Below are positions 56,013-64,000 of a DNA stretch of 64,000 nucleotides, one piece after another (position 1 is the first letter of the stretch; each line of letters starts with the position of its first letter). The DNA lies in NCBI GenBank assembly GCA_016182485.1, contig JACPGH010000005.1:64305-128304 (forward strand), read 5' to 3'. Position numbers and translations under genes: made by a program. Below the pieces are notes generated by a model. That model worked only from the letters and a program-made list of their open reading frames with translations, was not told the DNA's origin and did no database searches. This DNA comes from Candidatus Kaiserbacteria bacterium. GTDB taxonomy: Bacteria > Patescibacteriota > Minisyncoccia > Phycocordibacterales > Phycocordibacteraceae.

Positions 56013-56764
56013 ACTTTAGCGGCTAAAGCACCCGCTTCTTTATCGAGCGTGCGGCGTACGTGCCATTCCTGGACCACGCCGGCGAGATTGGTCGTGATGA
56101 AATACAACGCCACCGCGCCGGAAGTCGTGTATGAGATGGTGCCGATGAGGAACGGGAAGACATACTTGAGCTGCATCCCCATCATCTTCTGGAAATCCCC
56201 TTGAAAGCCGCCCGTCCCGGGCGTCGGCTTCATCGTGCCGGAAAGGGCTGCTTGAGCCTGGAAAAATTGCGTTACCGCCGCGAGGACCGCCAGAACGAGG
56301 CTTTTGCCCGCGACTGAAATGAGGCCGAGAAATTGCAGAGAGACTAATTGCGGCACGGGGGTGAAGGCGTAGAGGCGCGCGGCATTGATCGCCGGAAAGG
56401 GCTCGTAGAAGAAGACCCAGTAGAGAGCGAGCAGGATGGGGATCTGTATGAAAAGCGTCAAAATGCTCGCGAACGGGTTTACGCGCGCTTCGCGATAAAG
56501 CGCGAGCGTCTGCACCGCTTCTTTTTCCTTATCTCCCTTATGTTTCTCCTTGAGCTCTTTGAGGCGCGGCTCGAGCTCTTTCATCGCGCGCTGGGTGCGG
56601 GCGGCGGAGAGCGAGAAGGGAAGTAAGACGAGCCGGATAACGATAGTGACAAGGATAATGGCCACGCCCACGTCGCCGTTCGGAATTACCGCTACGAGCG
56701 CGACCAGGGCGTTGTAAATCGGATTATAGAAAACCGCGTGGAAGAACGTTGAGACCCAGGCCAT
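56009..56764 (-). CDS. yidC: YidC/Oxa1 membrane insertase
   Basis: AIILVTIVIRLVLLP, NPFAS, IQIPIL; next to rnpA-rpmH. Confidence 0.93.
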   Translation of the reverse strand: MAWVSTFFHAVFYNPIYNALVALVAVIPNGDVGVAIILVTIVIRLVLLPFSLSAARTQRAMKELEPRLKELKEKHKGDKEKEAVQTLALYREARVNPFASILTLFIQIPILLALYWVFFYEPFPAINAARLYAFTPVPQLVSLQFLGLISVAGKSLVLAVLAAVTQFFQAQAALSGTMKPTPGTGGFQGDFQKMMGMQLKYVFPFLIGTISYTTSGAVALYFITTNLAGVVQEWHVRRTLDKEAGALAAKV

Positions 56765-56779
56765 CTCGCTATAGTACGG

Positions 56780-57094
56780 TTAACGGTCGGTTTTTGAAAG
56801 CAGTCCTATCAATTCTGCCCGGATCTCGCTGGCCGTCATATCTAGAACCGAGGCTTTTGGGTAGATCAAAAGGGAAGGGGGCAGGGCAGAGAGCGCGCGG
56901 AGAGCTCCCAGGACTCGACGTTTGAGGCGGTGGCGAGTGACTGAGAGCCGGGCGGTCTTTTTAGGGACGATGACGGCATAGCCTGTGGCTCCTCTGGGCA
57001 CTATGACTTGGAAATGCGCGGAGGAGAGCCTCAAGGCGCCTTTAATAGCCTTGGGGAAGGCGGTTCTCGAGAGCCGCTGGCTCCTGGGGAACAC
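56780..57094 (-). CDS. rnpA: ribonuclease P protein
   Basis: KKTARLSVTRHRLKRR; conserved position. Confidence 0.85.
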   Translation of the reverse strand: MFPRSQRLSRTAFPKAIKGALRLSSAHFQVIVPRGATGYAVIVPKKTARLSVTRHRLKRRVLGALRALSALPPSLLIYPKASVLDMTASEIRAELIGLLSKTDR

Positions 57095-57096
57095 GG

Positions 57097-57231
57097 TTAG
57101 ACCGCGAGGCGCGTGCGCCCCGCGCGGCGGCGACGGCGGACGATCTTCCTGCCAGAGCTGGTCTCTGCCCGCGCGCGAAAGCCGTGGGTTCGGGCGCGTT
57201 TACGCTTCTTGGGTTGGTAGGTGAAAGACAT
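57097..57231 (-). CDS. rpmH: 50S ribosomal protein L34
   Basis: manual translation [44 protein letters not shown]. Confidence 0.93.
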   Translation of the reverse strand: MSFTYQPKKRKRARTHGFRARAETSSGRKIVRRRRRAGRTRLAV

Positions 57232-57326
57232 TGTTGAGTCAAGACGCTGCTATGCACACGATAGTAACAGGTTTTAAACAAATTGCCACAGTGTTGCTTT
57301 TCCCGAGCCAGCGTATAATCCAGGCA

Positions 57327-58682
57327 ATGGATCGAAGCAATCCGAGAGAACTCTGGGAATACACGCTGACCCAAGTAGAGCTCTCGATATCTCCCGCTAA
57401 CTTCAACACCTGGTTCCGCAACAGTTTCATACACAAAATAGGAGAGGACGGCGTTATTTATATAGGAATCCCTAGTCAATTCTTTAAGGATTGGTATTTG
57501 AAAAAGTTCCATACTCTTCTCTTAAAGATTTTCCGAGATATCTCGTTTGAGTTCCGGAATATCGAGTACGTCATCGTGAAGGACGAGCGGCGCAAGGCCG
57601 CGCCCCGGGAGACAAAAAGCGTCCCGGGGGCCATGGAACTCCCGCTCAACGAGTTCTACATCAACAAAAGCGACAATTTGAACCCGCGCTACACCTTCGA
57701 TACGTTCGTCATCGGGTCGTTCAACAGCCTTGCTTACGCGGCCGCTCAAGCGGCGCTTGAGCATCCCGGCATAATCTACAACCCGCTCTTTGTCTACGGG
57801 GATACCGGCCGCGGCAAAACGCATCTTATCCAGGCAATCGGCAATCATTTTAAAAAGCAGTACCCGGGCCGCAAGGTCTATTATCTGACATCCGAAAAAT
57901 TCACGGTCGATTACACCGACTCCGTGCAGGCGGGGACTGCGAATCGTTTTAAAGACAAATATCGCCAATACGATCTTCTTATCATGGACGATGTGCAGTT
58001 CCTGTCGAAAAAAGAGAAGACCGAGGAGGAGCTTTTCCATCTATTCAACGCGCTTCACGACGCGAATAAACAGATTATTTTTTCCTCAGACAGGTCGCCG
58101 GCCGCTATCCCAGATATCGCCGAGCGCCTGAAGGGCCGTCTAGCGAGCGGAATGACTGTAGATATAGGCGAACCGGATCCTGAGTCGCGCATGGCCATTA
58201 TCCGCAAGAAATCAGCCTCGCACGGCATCCTCCTCTCGGAGGAGGTTGTAGAGTACGTCGCGACCTCGGTATCCGGCTCGATTCGCGAGCTTGAAGGGAT
58301 GGTAAATAGCATAATTTGCCATGCGCAGGCGCGGGGCTCTACGCCAAACATCTCGGAAGTGCGGCAGTCAATCCGTTCTTTCATGCGGCCGCAGAAGAAC
58401 ATATCAGTGAAGAATGTCGTCGACCGGGTCGCTAGTTTCTATGGTATCGATGAAGAAAGCATCTATGAGAAGACCCGCCGGAGAGAAGTGGTGCGCCCGC
58501 GACAGGTCATCATGTACCTGTTGCGGGAAGATTTCAGTATTTCGTACCCGACTATCGGCACGAAGATAGGCGGGCGCGATCATACGACGGTTATCCACTC
58601 CTGTGAAAAAATAAAAAAAGAAATCGTGGTGGATAACGAGCTCGCAAAAGAGATTCAGAACATACGCACCCTTCTCGTATGA
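57327..58682 (+). CDS. dnaA: chromosomal replication initiator DnaA
   Basis: NPRYTFDTFV, YNPLFVYGDTGRGKTHL, GGRDHTTVIHS. Confidence 0.97.
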   Translation: MDRSNPRELWEYTLTQVELSISPANFNTWFRNSFIHKIGEDGVIYIGIPSQFFKDWYLKKFHTLLLKIFRDISFEFRNIEYVIVKDERRKAAPRETKSVPGAMELPLNEFYINKSDNLNPRYTFDTFVIGSFNSLAYAAAQAALEHPGIIYNPLFVYGDTGRGKTHLIQAIGNHFKKQYPGRKVYYLTSEKFTVDYTDSVQAGTANRFKDKYRQYDLLIMDDVQFLSKKEKTEEELFHLFNALHDANKQIIFSSDRSPAAIPDIAERLKGRLASGMTVDIGEPDPESRMAIIRKKSASHGILLSEEVVEYVATSVSGSIRELEGMVNSIICHAQARGSTPNISEVRQSIRSFMRPQKNISVKNVVDRVASFYGIDEESIYEKTRRREVVRPRQVIMYLLREDFSISYPTIGTKIGGRDHTTVIHSCEKIKKEIVVDNELAKEIQNIRTLLV

Positions 58683-58794
58683 ACACCTTCTCGGACTTTT
58701 CCACTCGTTCTGAATTATCGCCCACTGCTTTCTACCTAGTCCTTGCTGTATTTTTTGAACTTATACACCTATCCCCACTCCTAATAAATTCCGT
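58683..58794. other. candidate oriC segment
   Basis: AT-rich dnaA-dnaN gap with degenerate DnaA-box-like 9-mers (ttttccact, ttatacacc). Confidence 0.4.
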
Positions 58795-59895
58795 ATGAAT
58801 ATTTCAATAAATAAAAAGATATTCTCTGAGGCTGTGCATAAAGCTTCCAGATTCTCCGAGCGCAAGACCGGAACACTGCCAATCCTTTCTTCCATCCTCA
58901 TTCTCTCAAGCGATGAGGGGATCAAAATGCGTGCGACTAATTTAGAGATCGGCATCGATCTGAAAGTCGAAGGAGAATCTAAATCGCACGGGGTCGCGGC
59001 AGTTCCTGCGACCGTCCTCGGACAGATCGCCGGTTCCTTAAGCGGAGACGGGAATGTAACCCTGGAACATACCGGAGAGCTAGTGTCGTTCAATAGCGGG
59101 ACTGGCAAGAGCCTTATAAAGACCATTCCGTACGAAGATTTCCCCTCGATCCCGTTTCCAGAAAATCCTAAGAACAGGATAGTATTACCGGGAGTCCTTC
59201 TCCAATCCCTCCTGTCTTCTATAGTCTCGTGCGCCTCTGCTTCTACGGTCCGTCCCGAATTGGCGAGCGTTTATCTCTCTGTAGAAGGCGGGGTCCTGAC
59301 GGCGGTAGCGACTGATTCTTTTCGTTTAGCGGAGAAGAAGGTGCCGTTGTCGCAAAAAGGCACTCAAGGGAAATTCCTAATTCCTGCCAAGAACGCGGCG
59401 GATATTGCGCAGACGCTTCCGGACGAGGATGTGATAGTCTCTTTCGACGAACATCAGGTAGCGTTCGTGAGTACTAAGGGAATGATAGTGTCGCGCCTCA
59501 CGAACGCCACCTATCCGGATTACCGGCAGATCATACCCAAGGAATCAATCGTAGAAGCAAGTGTCCTTCGGAAGGATTTTGAATTGGCGCTCAAGCGCAG
59601 CAGTATTTTTTCGGATTCGTTCCAGAAGGTGAAATTGACGTTCGATCCGAAGAAGAACGCACTCTCTCTTTACTCACGCAACGCCGATATCGGAGAATCC
59701 ACGGAAACGCTTCCGGCAAAAGTCGAAGGGAACGCGCTTGAAATATCCTTTAATCACCATTATCTCTCGGCGGCTCTGGGGCTCACGCAAGCCGAAAGCC
59801 TCTCCTTCTGCGCGGCCGGCCCCGGCCGCCCGCTCATCATCAAAGGCCTCGGCGACACATCTCTTCTGTATCTCGTCTCCCCGATGAATCAATGA
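58795..59895 (+). CDS. dnaN: DNA polymerase III beta clamp
   Basis: LPILS, ATNLEIG, ATDSFRLA, YPDYRQIIP, YLVSPM. Confidence 0.96.
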   Translation: MNISINKKIFSEAVHKASRFSERKTGTLPILSSILILSSDEGIKMRATNLEIGIDLKVEGESKSHGVAAVPATVLGQIAGSLSGDGNVTLEHTGELVSFNSGTGKSLIKTIPYEDFPSIPFPENPKNRIVLPGVLLQSLLSSIVSCASASTVRPELASVYLSVEGGVLTAVATDSFRLAEKKVPLSQKGTQGKFLIPAKNAADIAQTLPDEDVIVSFDEHQVAFVSTKGMIVSRLTNATYPDYRQIIPKESIVEASVLRKDFELALKRSSIFSDSFQKVKLTFDPKKNALSLYSRNADIGESTETLPAKVEGNALEISFNHHYLSAALGLTQAESLSFCAAGPGRPLIIKGLGDTSLLYLVSPMNQ

Positions 59896-59958
59896 GTATG
59901 AAGTCGGTTGTAATTTGCGGGAGTCGCCGTCATATCAACTCCGGAAGAGTTAATACCT

Positions 59959-60322
59959 ATGAAAATAATTCTCGGTTCATCCTCAAAATATCGAAAGCGA
60001 GTTTTGGAAGAAAATGGATACAAGTTCGGGATAATGATTCCGGACATAGACGAAAAGAAAATAAGAACCGAGGATCCTTACGAATTGCCTCTAATGATCG
60101 CTGAAGCTAAAGCGGCTGCACTCATTCCGAAAATTCCCGACCCAGCTCTCTTGATCACTTCAGATCAAATCGTCGTTTGTGATAGGCAGGTGTATGAAAA
60201 ACCACAAACGGAAGAAGAAGCGAGATCCTTCCTTCAAAAATACAGTTCAGGATATCCTCGACAGCGTCATTGGCTTGCCCACAGATCTTCTTAAGAAGCT
60301 ACTGGACGAAGTCGAGCCTTAG
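59959..60322 (+). pseudogene. maf: Maf protein with internal deletion and frameshift
   Basis: IILGSSSKYRK...ITSDQIVV...EKP, then DSVIGLP...* in another frame. Confidence 0.8.
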
Positions 60323-60328
60323 AGATTG

Positions 60329-60359
60329 TGAAGTAAAGAGGTTTGACCTCTTTACTTCA
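60329..60359. repeat. AAGTAAAGAGGT palindrome
   Basis: near-identical to 29003-29029. Confidence 0.8.
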
Positions 60360-62534
60360 GGGCGCCGCGGTCGTAGTCGTGCCAACGGAAGCCGCGTCAA
60401 CAGAAAGCGGCACGGGGAGCATAACGCCGCCGGCGAAGAGGTCCGGGCGCGCGGCGTACCACGCCGACACCGCATATTCCCAATAATTGAACTGCGGATC
60501 TGCCCAAGGGTTGTCCGGAGAAGGCCCTTGCGGATCGTTCTTATTCACCCAATAAAGCTCGCTGTGGGGAACTACCTGCCCCTGTGCATCGGGGATGCGC
60601 CAGTCGCCCCGCAGCATCGGCGGCACGGAGGCATAGATAGGACTGGGCTCGCCGAAATAGGCAGGCGGATATTTCGAGAGAGCATAGGACATCGCCTCTT
60701 TCCACATCGGCGCCGCGATGAGCCCGGCGAGCGATTTAGCCGGCGTGTTGTCGTTGTTGCCTACCCACACGCCGATAGCAATTGAGGGCGTGAAGCCCAC
60801 GGTCCAGGCATCGCGGGAGTTGTCCGTAGTACCGGTTTTGACGGCGACTTCATGTCCGGGGATGTCGAGCACGCCTCCCGGCCGATATTCGGGGATGCGC
60901 GCGATCGGGTCGGAGAGCATTGCCGAGATATCCCGCGCGATGTTCTGCGGAACGACCTGGACCGGCTGCTGCGTATACTTCGCGAGCACATTCCCCTGCG
61001 CGTCCGTGACCTCAAGGATTCCGGTCGGCTTGTTTAAGACGCCGTCGTTGCCGAAAACGCTAAATGCGCCGACGAGATCGAGAAGCCGTACTTCGCCGCC
61101 GCCGAGGACAAGCGTAAGCCCGTATTGGCTCGCGTTGCCGAGCGTCGTAAGCCCGAAGGATTTGGCGAGGTTGACCGCCTCCGTTATCCCGGCCATATAG
61201 AGCACCTTGATGGCAGGAATGTTGATGGACTGCGCGAGCGCCGTCTCGAAGGTCATCGGACCGCGGTGCGCGTTGTCGTAGTTCTTCGGCGCGTAGCAGG
61301 GATAGGTGTTGTTGAACGTATCCGAGGGATTGCAGGCCGTGGAAAATTGCGTCGGCACGTCGAAGACCACCGTATTGCGCGTAAATCCGCGCATGAGCGC
61401 GAGCGCATAAATAAACGGCTTCATGGTGGAACCGGGCTGGCGCAGCGCGAGGGTAGCGTTGTATTGCCCGTCTATCTCCTTGTCAAAGAAATAGCGGGAA
61501 CCTACCATCGCAAGGATTTGTCCCGTCGCGGGCTCGACCGCGGCAAGAGCCGCGTTTTTGGCGCCGCCATTGGCCTGATTCTTTAGCGCGGTCTTATTCG
61601 TGATCTCCTCCGCTTTCACTTGCAGGTCCGCGTCGAGCGTCGTCGTTACTTTGAGGCCGGACATAAGGGCGTTAGGCCCGTACATCTCCTCGAGCTGACC
61701 CAGAATATAAAATACGAAATGAGGGGCAATGATGGCATTTTTTCCGGTGGTAGAGAAAGCGATGTCCTCGGCTTTCGCGGCCGCGAGAGCCGCGTCGTCG
61801 ATGAAGCCAAGCGCGCGCATACGCTCAAGAACGACATCCCGGCGCGCATCGAGCTCCGCTCGATGCGCGCCATAAGGCGAGAAGTAGCTCGGCGCCTGGA
61901 TCATGGCGGCGAGGTACGCCGCCTGAGCGGGGGAGAGATCTTTTGCGCTTATGCCGAAGTACGCTTCAGAAGCGGCCTCGATGCCGTAGAGCGTGCCGCC
62001 GTACGGGATGTCATTCAGATAGGCTTCGAGGATCTGGTCCTTCGCGTACATCTGCTCGAGCTTGATCGCGAGGACTAGCTCCTGGATCTTGCGCGTGAAG
62101 CTCTTCTTGTTGGTGAGGAGAACATTCTTCACCACCTGCTGGGTTATGGTCGAGCCGCCCTGCGAGAGACTTCCGCCGAGAATGTCAGCGATGATGGCCC
62201 GGATTATCGAGGTGATACGAATGCCGCCGTGCTGATAGAAGCTCGAGTCCTCGATCGCAATGGTGGCCTGAATGGCGTTCGGGGAGATGTCCGCTAAAGG
62301 AACGATCTCCCGTTTCGCGTCCCGGTTGTAGTCATAGAGAAGCACTTGCCCGGTGCGGTCATAGATCTTAGTGGACTGGTCTACCTGCCGGGACGCGAAG
62401 GAATTGATGTCGGGCGTCGAGGTAAGCGCCACGTCGAGAAGCATGATGCCGGCGAGAAGGAAGCCGCAGCCGAGCAGTACCAATATAGAAACGACGACCG
62501 TATGTCGTTTCGGCATACGCATTGGGAAACGCAT
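60357..62534 (-). CDS. class A penicillin-binding protein
   Basis: AIEDSSFYQH, GGSTITQQVVKN, RQPGSTMKP, KTGT. Confidence 0.95.
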   Translation of the reverse strand: MRFPMRMPKRHTVVVSILVLLGCGFLLAGIMLLDVALTSTPDINSFASRQVDQSTKIYDRTGQVLLYDYNRDAKREIVPLADISPNAIQATIAIEDSSFYQHGGIRITSIIRAIIADILGGSLSQGGSTITQQVVKNVLLTNKKSFTRKIQELVLAIKLEQMYAKDQILEAYLNDIPYGGTLYGIEAASEAYFGISAKDLSPAQAAYLAAMIQAPSYFSPYGAHRAELDARRDVVLERMRALGFIDDAALAAAKAEDIAFSTTGKNAIIAPHFVFYILGQLEEMYGPNALMSGLKVTTTLDADLQVKAEEITNKTALKNQANGGAKNAALAAVEPATGQILAMVGSRYFFDKEIDGQYNATLALRQPGSTMKPFIYALALMRGFTRNTVVFDVPTQFSTACNPSDTFNNTYPCYAPKNYDNAHRGPMTFETALAQSINIPAIKVLYMAGITEAVNLAKSFGLTTLGNASQYGLTLVLGGGEVRLLDLVGAFSVFGNDGVLNKPTGILEVTDAQGNVLAKYTQQPVQVVPQNIARDISAMLSDPIARIPEYRPGGVLDIPGHEVAVKTGTTDNSRDAWTVGFTPSIAIGVWVGNNDNTPAKSLAGLIAAPMWKEAMSYALSKYPPAYFGEPSPIYASVPPMLRGDWRIPDAQGQVVPHSELYWVNKNDPQGPSPDNPWADPQFNYWEYAVSAWYAARPDLFAGGVMLPVPLSVDAASVGTTTTAAP

Positions 62535-62543
62535 CGCCCTATG

Positions 62544-62660
62544 TTACCATTCTTCCCTTTCGAGCTTGGCCCCGCCGTCTTCCCGAGGGTCAAATTCGTC
62601 TTCTTCAAGCCCCAATTCCTCGTCTTCTATATCCAAAACTTCTTTGTCATCGTCGATCAT
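62544..62660 (-). CDS. 38-aa acidic peptide
   Basis: manual translation MIDDDKEVLDIEDEELGLEEDEFDPREDGGAKLEREEW. Confidence 0.45.
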   Translation of the reverse strand: MIDDDKEVLDIEDEELGLEEDEFDPREDGGAKLEREEW

Positions 62661-62725
62661 AGGGCTATATGTACCAAAAATCTTTTTCCGCGCAAGGGGG
62701 TCTCATTTAGCCTGGGGATAGAGGG

Positions 62726-63325
62726 CTAATGCGAGCGAGCTAGAGCGGTGATGCCGATCGCGATCGCGTCGAGTTCGTCGTCGAGGCGCTTCTTGCCGGC
62801 CGGCGGACGCGGAAGCGCGAGGAGTTTTGGGATCATCCGGGCGATCGCGGCTTTGTCCGCGTTGCCGTAGCCGGTGACGGCGCTCTTCACTTGCTGAGGG
62901 GAGCACTCAAGGACGGGAAGCGCGGCGGCGCCGGCCGCCGCGAGGATGGCGCCGCGCGCCTCCGCGACGCCGATGGCTGTCTTCTTGTTGATACTGAAAA
63001 AAAGCGTTTCGATAGCGAGCGAATTCGGCCGATACTTTTTGATGGCGCTTGTAACCGCTTGAGAAACGCGCGCGAGGCGGGTCGCGCGCGCGCCGGCGGC
63101 AGGCACGACACAGCCGCTCATAAGGAGAGTCGGCCGGGATGGATCGCCCTCGACGACCGCGATGCCGCAACGGTCATATCCCGGGTCGATCGCGAGAACG
63201 CGGGAAATCGGCGACCGGGCGATTTGACGAGCCTTTGGGTCCGCATACCGCGGCTCCGGGTTGCGAGGGCGCCGAGCCAAAGCTCTCGCAAATCGCTCGG
63301 TCGCCTCACTCTTGCGTGCTTTCAT
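62726..63325 (-). CDS. ruvC: Holliday junction resolvase RuvC
   Basis: VLAIDPG, AIETLFF, VTGYGNADK, DDELDAIAI. Confidence 0.93.
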   Translation of the reverse strand: MKARKSEATERFARALARRPRNPEPRYADPKARQIARSPISRVLAIDPGYDRCGIAVVEGDPSRPTLLMSGCVVPAAGARATRLARVSQAVTSAIKKYRPNSLAIETLFFSINKKTAIGVAEARGAILAAAGAAALPVLECSPQQVKSAVTGYGNADKAAIARMIPKLLALPRPPAGKKRLDDELDAIAIGITALARSH

Positions 63326-63860
63326 AGCCGCGCGCGTTCGTGAATACCTGCTGGACGTCTTCGTGGTCGTCGAGGGCGGTCAAGAGGGAGGAAAGTCCTT
63401 CCTCGTCTGCCCCCGATAGCTCAAAGAGGGGCTCGTTCGGCGTATATAAGCCCGAACCCTTCGTGAAAGCCCAGCTCGCGGCGCCCGGGCTCGCGAGCGC
63501 TACTCCGTGCTGCGAGAGCAGGTGTTTTATTTCTTGAGTGGTGCGATTTTTATTGTCCGTAAGTGCCTCGACTAAAATCGCAATACCGCCCGGGCCGTAC
63601 GCCTCGTACAGGATTTGCTCCAGATCTCCGGAATCTTTAGAAATGCCTTTCGCGACGGCGCGCTCGATATTCTCTTTGGGCATGTTCGCCGCCTTCGCGC
63701 GGGCGATGACCGCCGCGAGCGCCGGCACCGTCACGGAGCCGCCCGCTTTCTTCGACTCCACCGTGAGCAGGCGCGCGAAGCGGGAAAAAACGCGGCTTCT
63801 CGCGGCGTCCGCCGCACCCTTCTGCCGTTTAATCTGCGCCCATTTGCTGTGTCCGGACAT
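63306..63860 (-). CDS. yebC: YebC/PmpR family protein (short form)
   Basis: MSGHSKWAQIKRQK, YEAYGPGG, LTDNKNRT, DVQQVFTN. Confidence 0.95.
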   Translation of the reverse strand: MSGHSKWAQIKRQKGAADAARSRVFSRFARLLTVESKKAGGSVTVPALAAVIARAKAANMPKENIERAVAKGISKDSGDLEQILYEAYGPGGIAILVEALTDNKNRTTQEIKHLLSQHGVALASPGAASWAFTKGSGLYTPNEPLFELSGADEEGLSSLLTALDDHEDVQQVFTNARGYESTQE

Positions 63861-63863
63861 ACA

Positions 63864-63900
63864 AATAGTAAACAGTAAGCAGTTTGCAGTAGGCAGTCAG
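63864..63900. repeat. degenerate 7-mer array (NCAGTNN)
   Basis: atagtaa acagtaa gcagttt gcagtag gcagtca. Confidence 0.55.
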
Positions 63901-64000
63901 AAAATGCAATTACAAATCCTCGGGCCGTATGTCAGCAGCTTTTAGTATTTCGTGTAGAGTGCCCTTCGGCAAATCGCGAGTGTGAATCGGCACGCTAATG

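Overview
Chromosomal window from a reduced-genome bacterium. Gene content and arrangement (type IV pilus cluster, PrgI/VirB4/VirB2-like cluster, many TrmB-like regulators, dense small interspersed repeats) point to Patescibacteria (Parcubacteria/Paceibacteria-like); this is inference. It carries housekeeping genes (rpsO, xth, cca, rarA, HU, rny, clpP, ppa, nusA, tpiA, pgk, recJ, rpmB, yidC-rnpA-rpmH, dnaA-dnaN, PBP1A, ruvC, yebC), four tRNAs and three toxin-antitoxin loci. Best candidate for a new system (16985-19708): two near-identical 23-aa basic peptide genes missed by the ORF track, each with a strong SD, directly upstream of an atypical radical SAM enzyme and divergent from a TrmB-like regulator. 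This looks like a minimal RiPP-type cluster whose precursors lack Cys and aromatic residues. Also notable: a promoter-driven ~670-nt structured non-coding region between nusA and ppa; several families of palindromic or 7-mer repeats, many lying in frame inside conserved genes; inverted 7-mer arrays in apparent empty and gene-filled forms; an atypical tRNA-Pro; widespread leaderless starts; and several deletion scars. All calls are from manual reading; no searches or folding were run.
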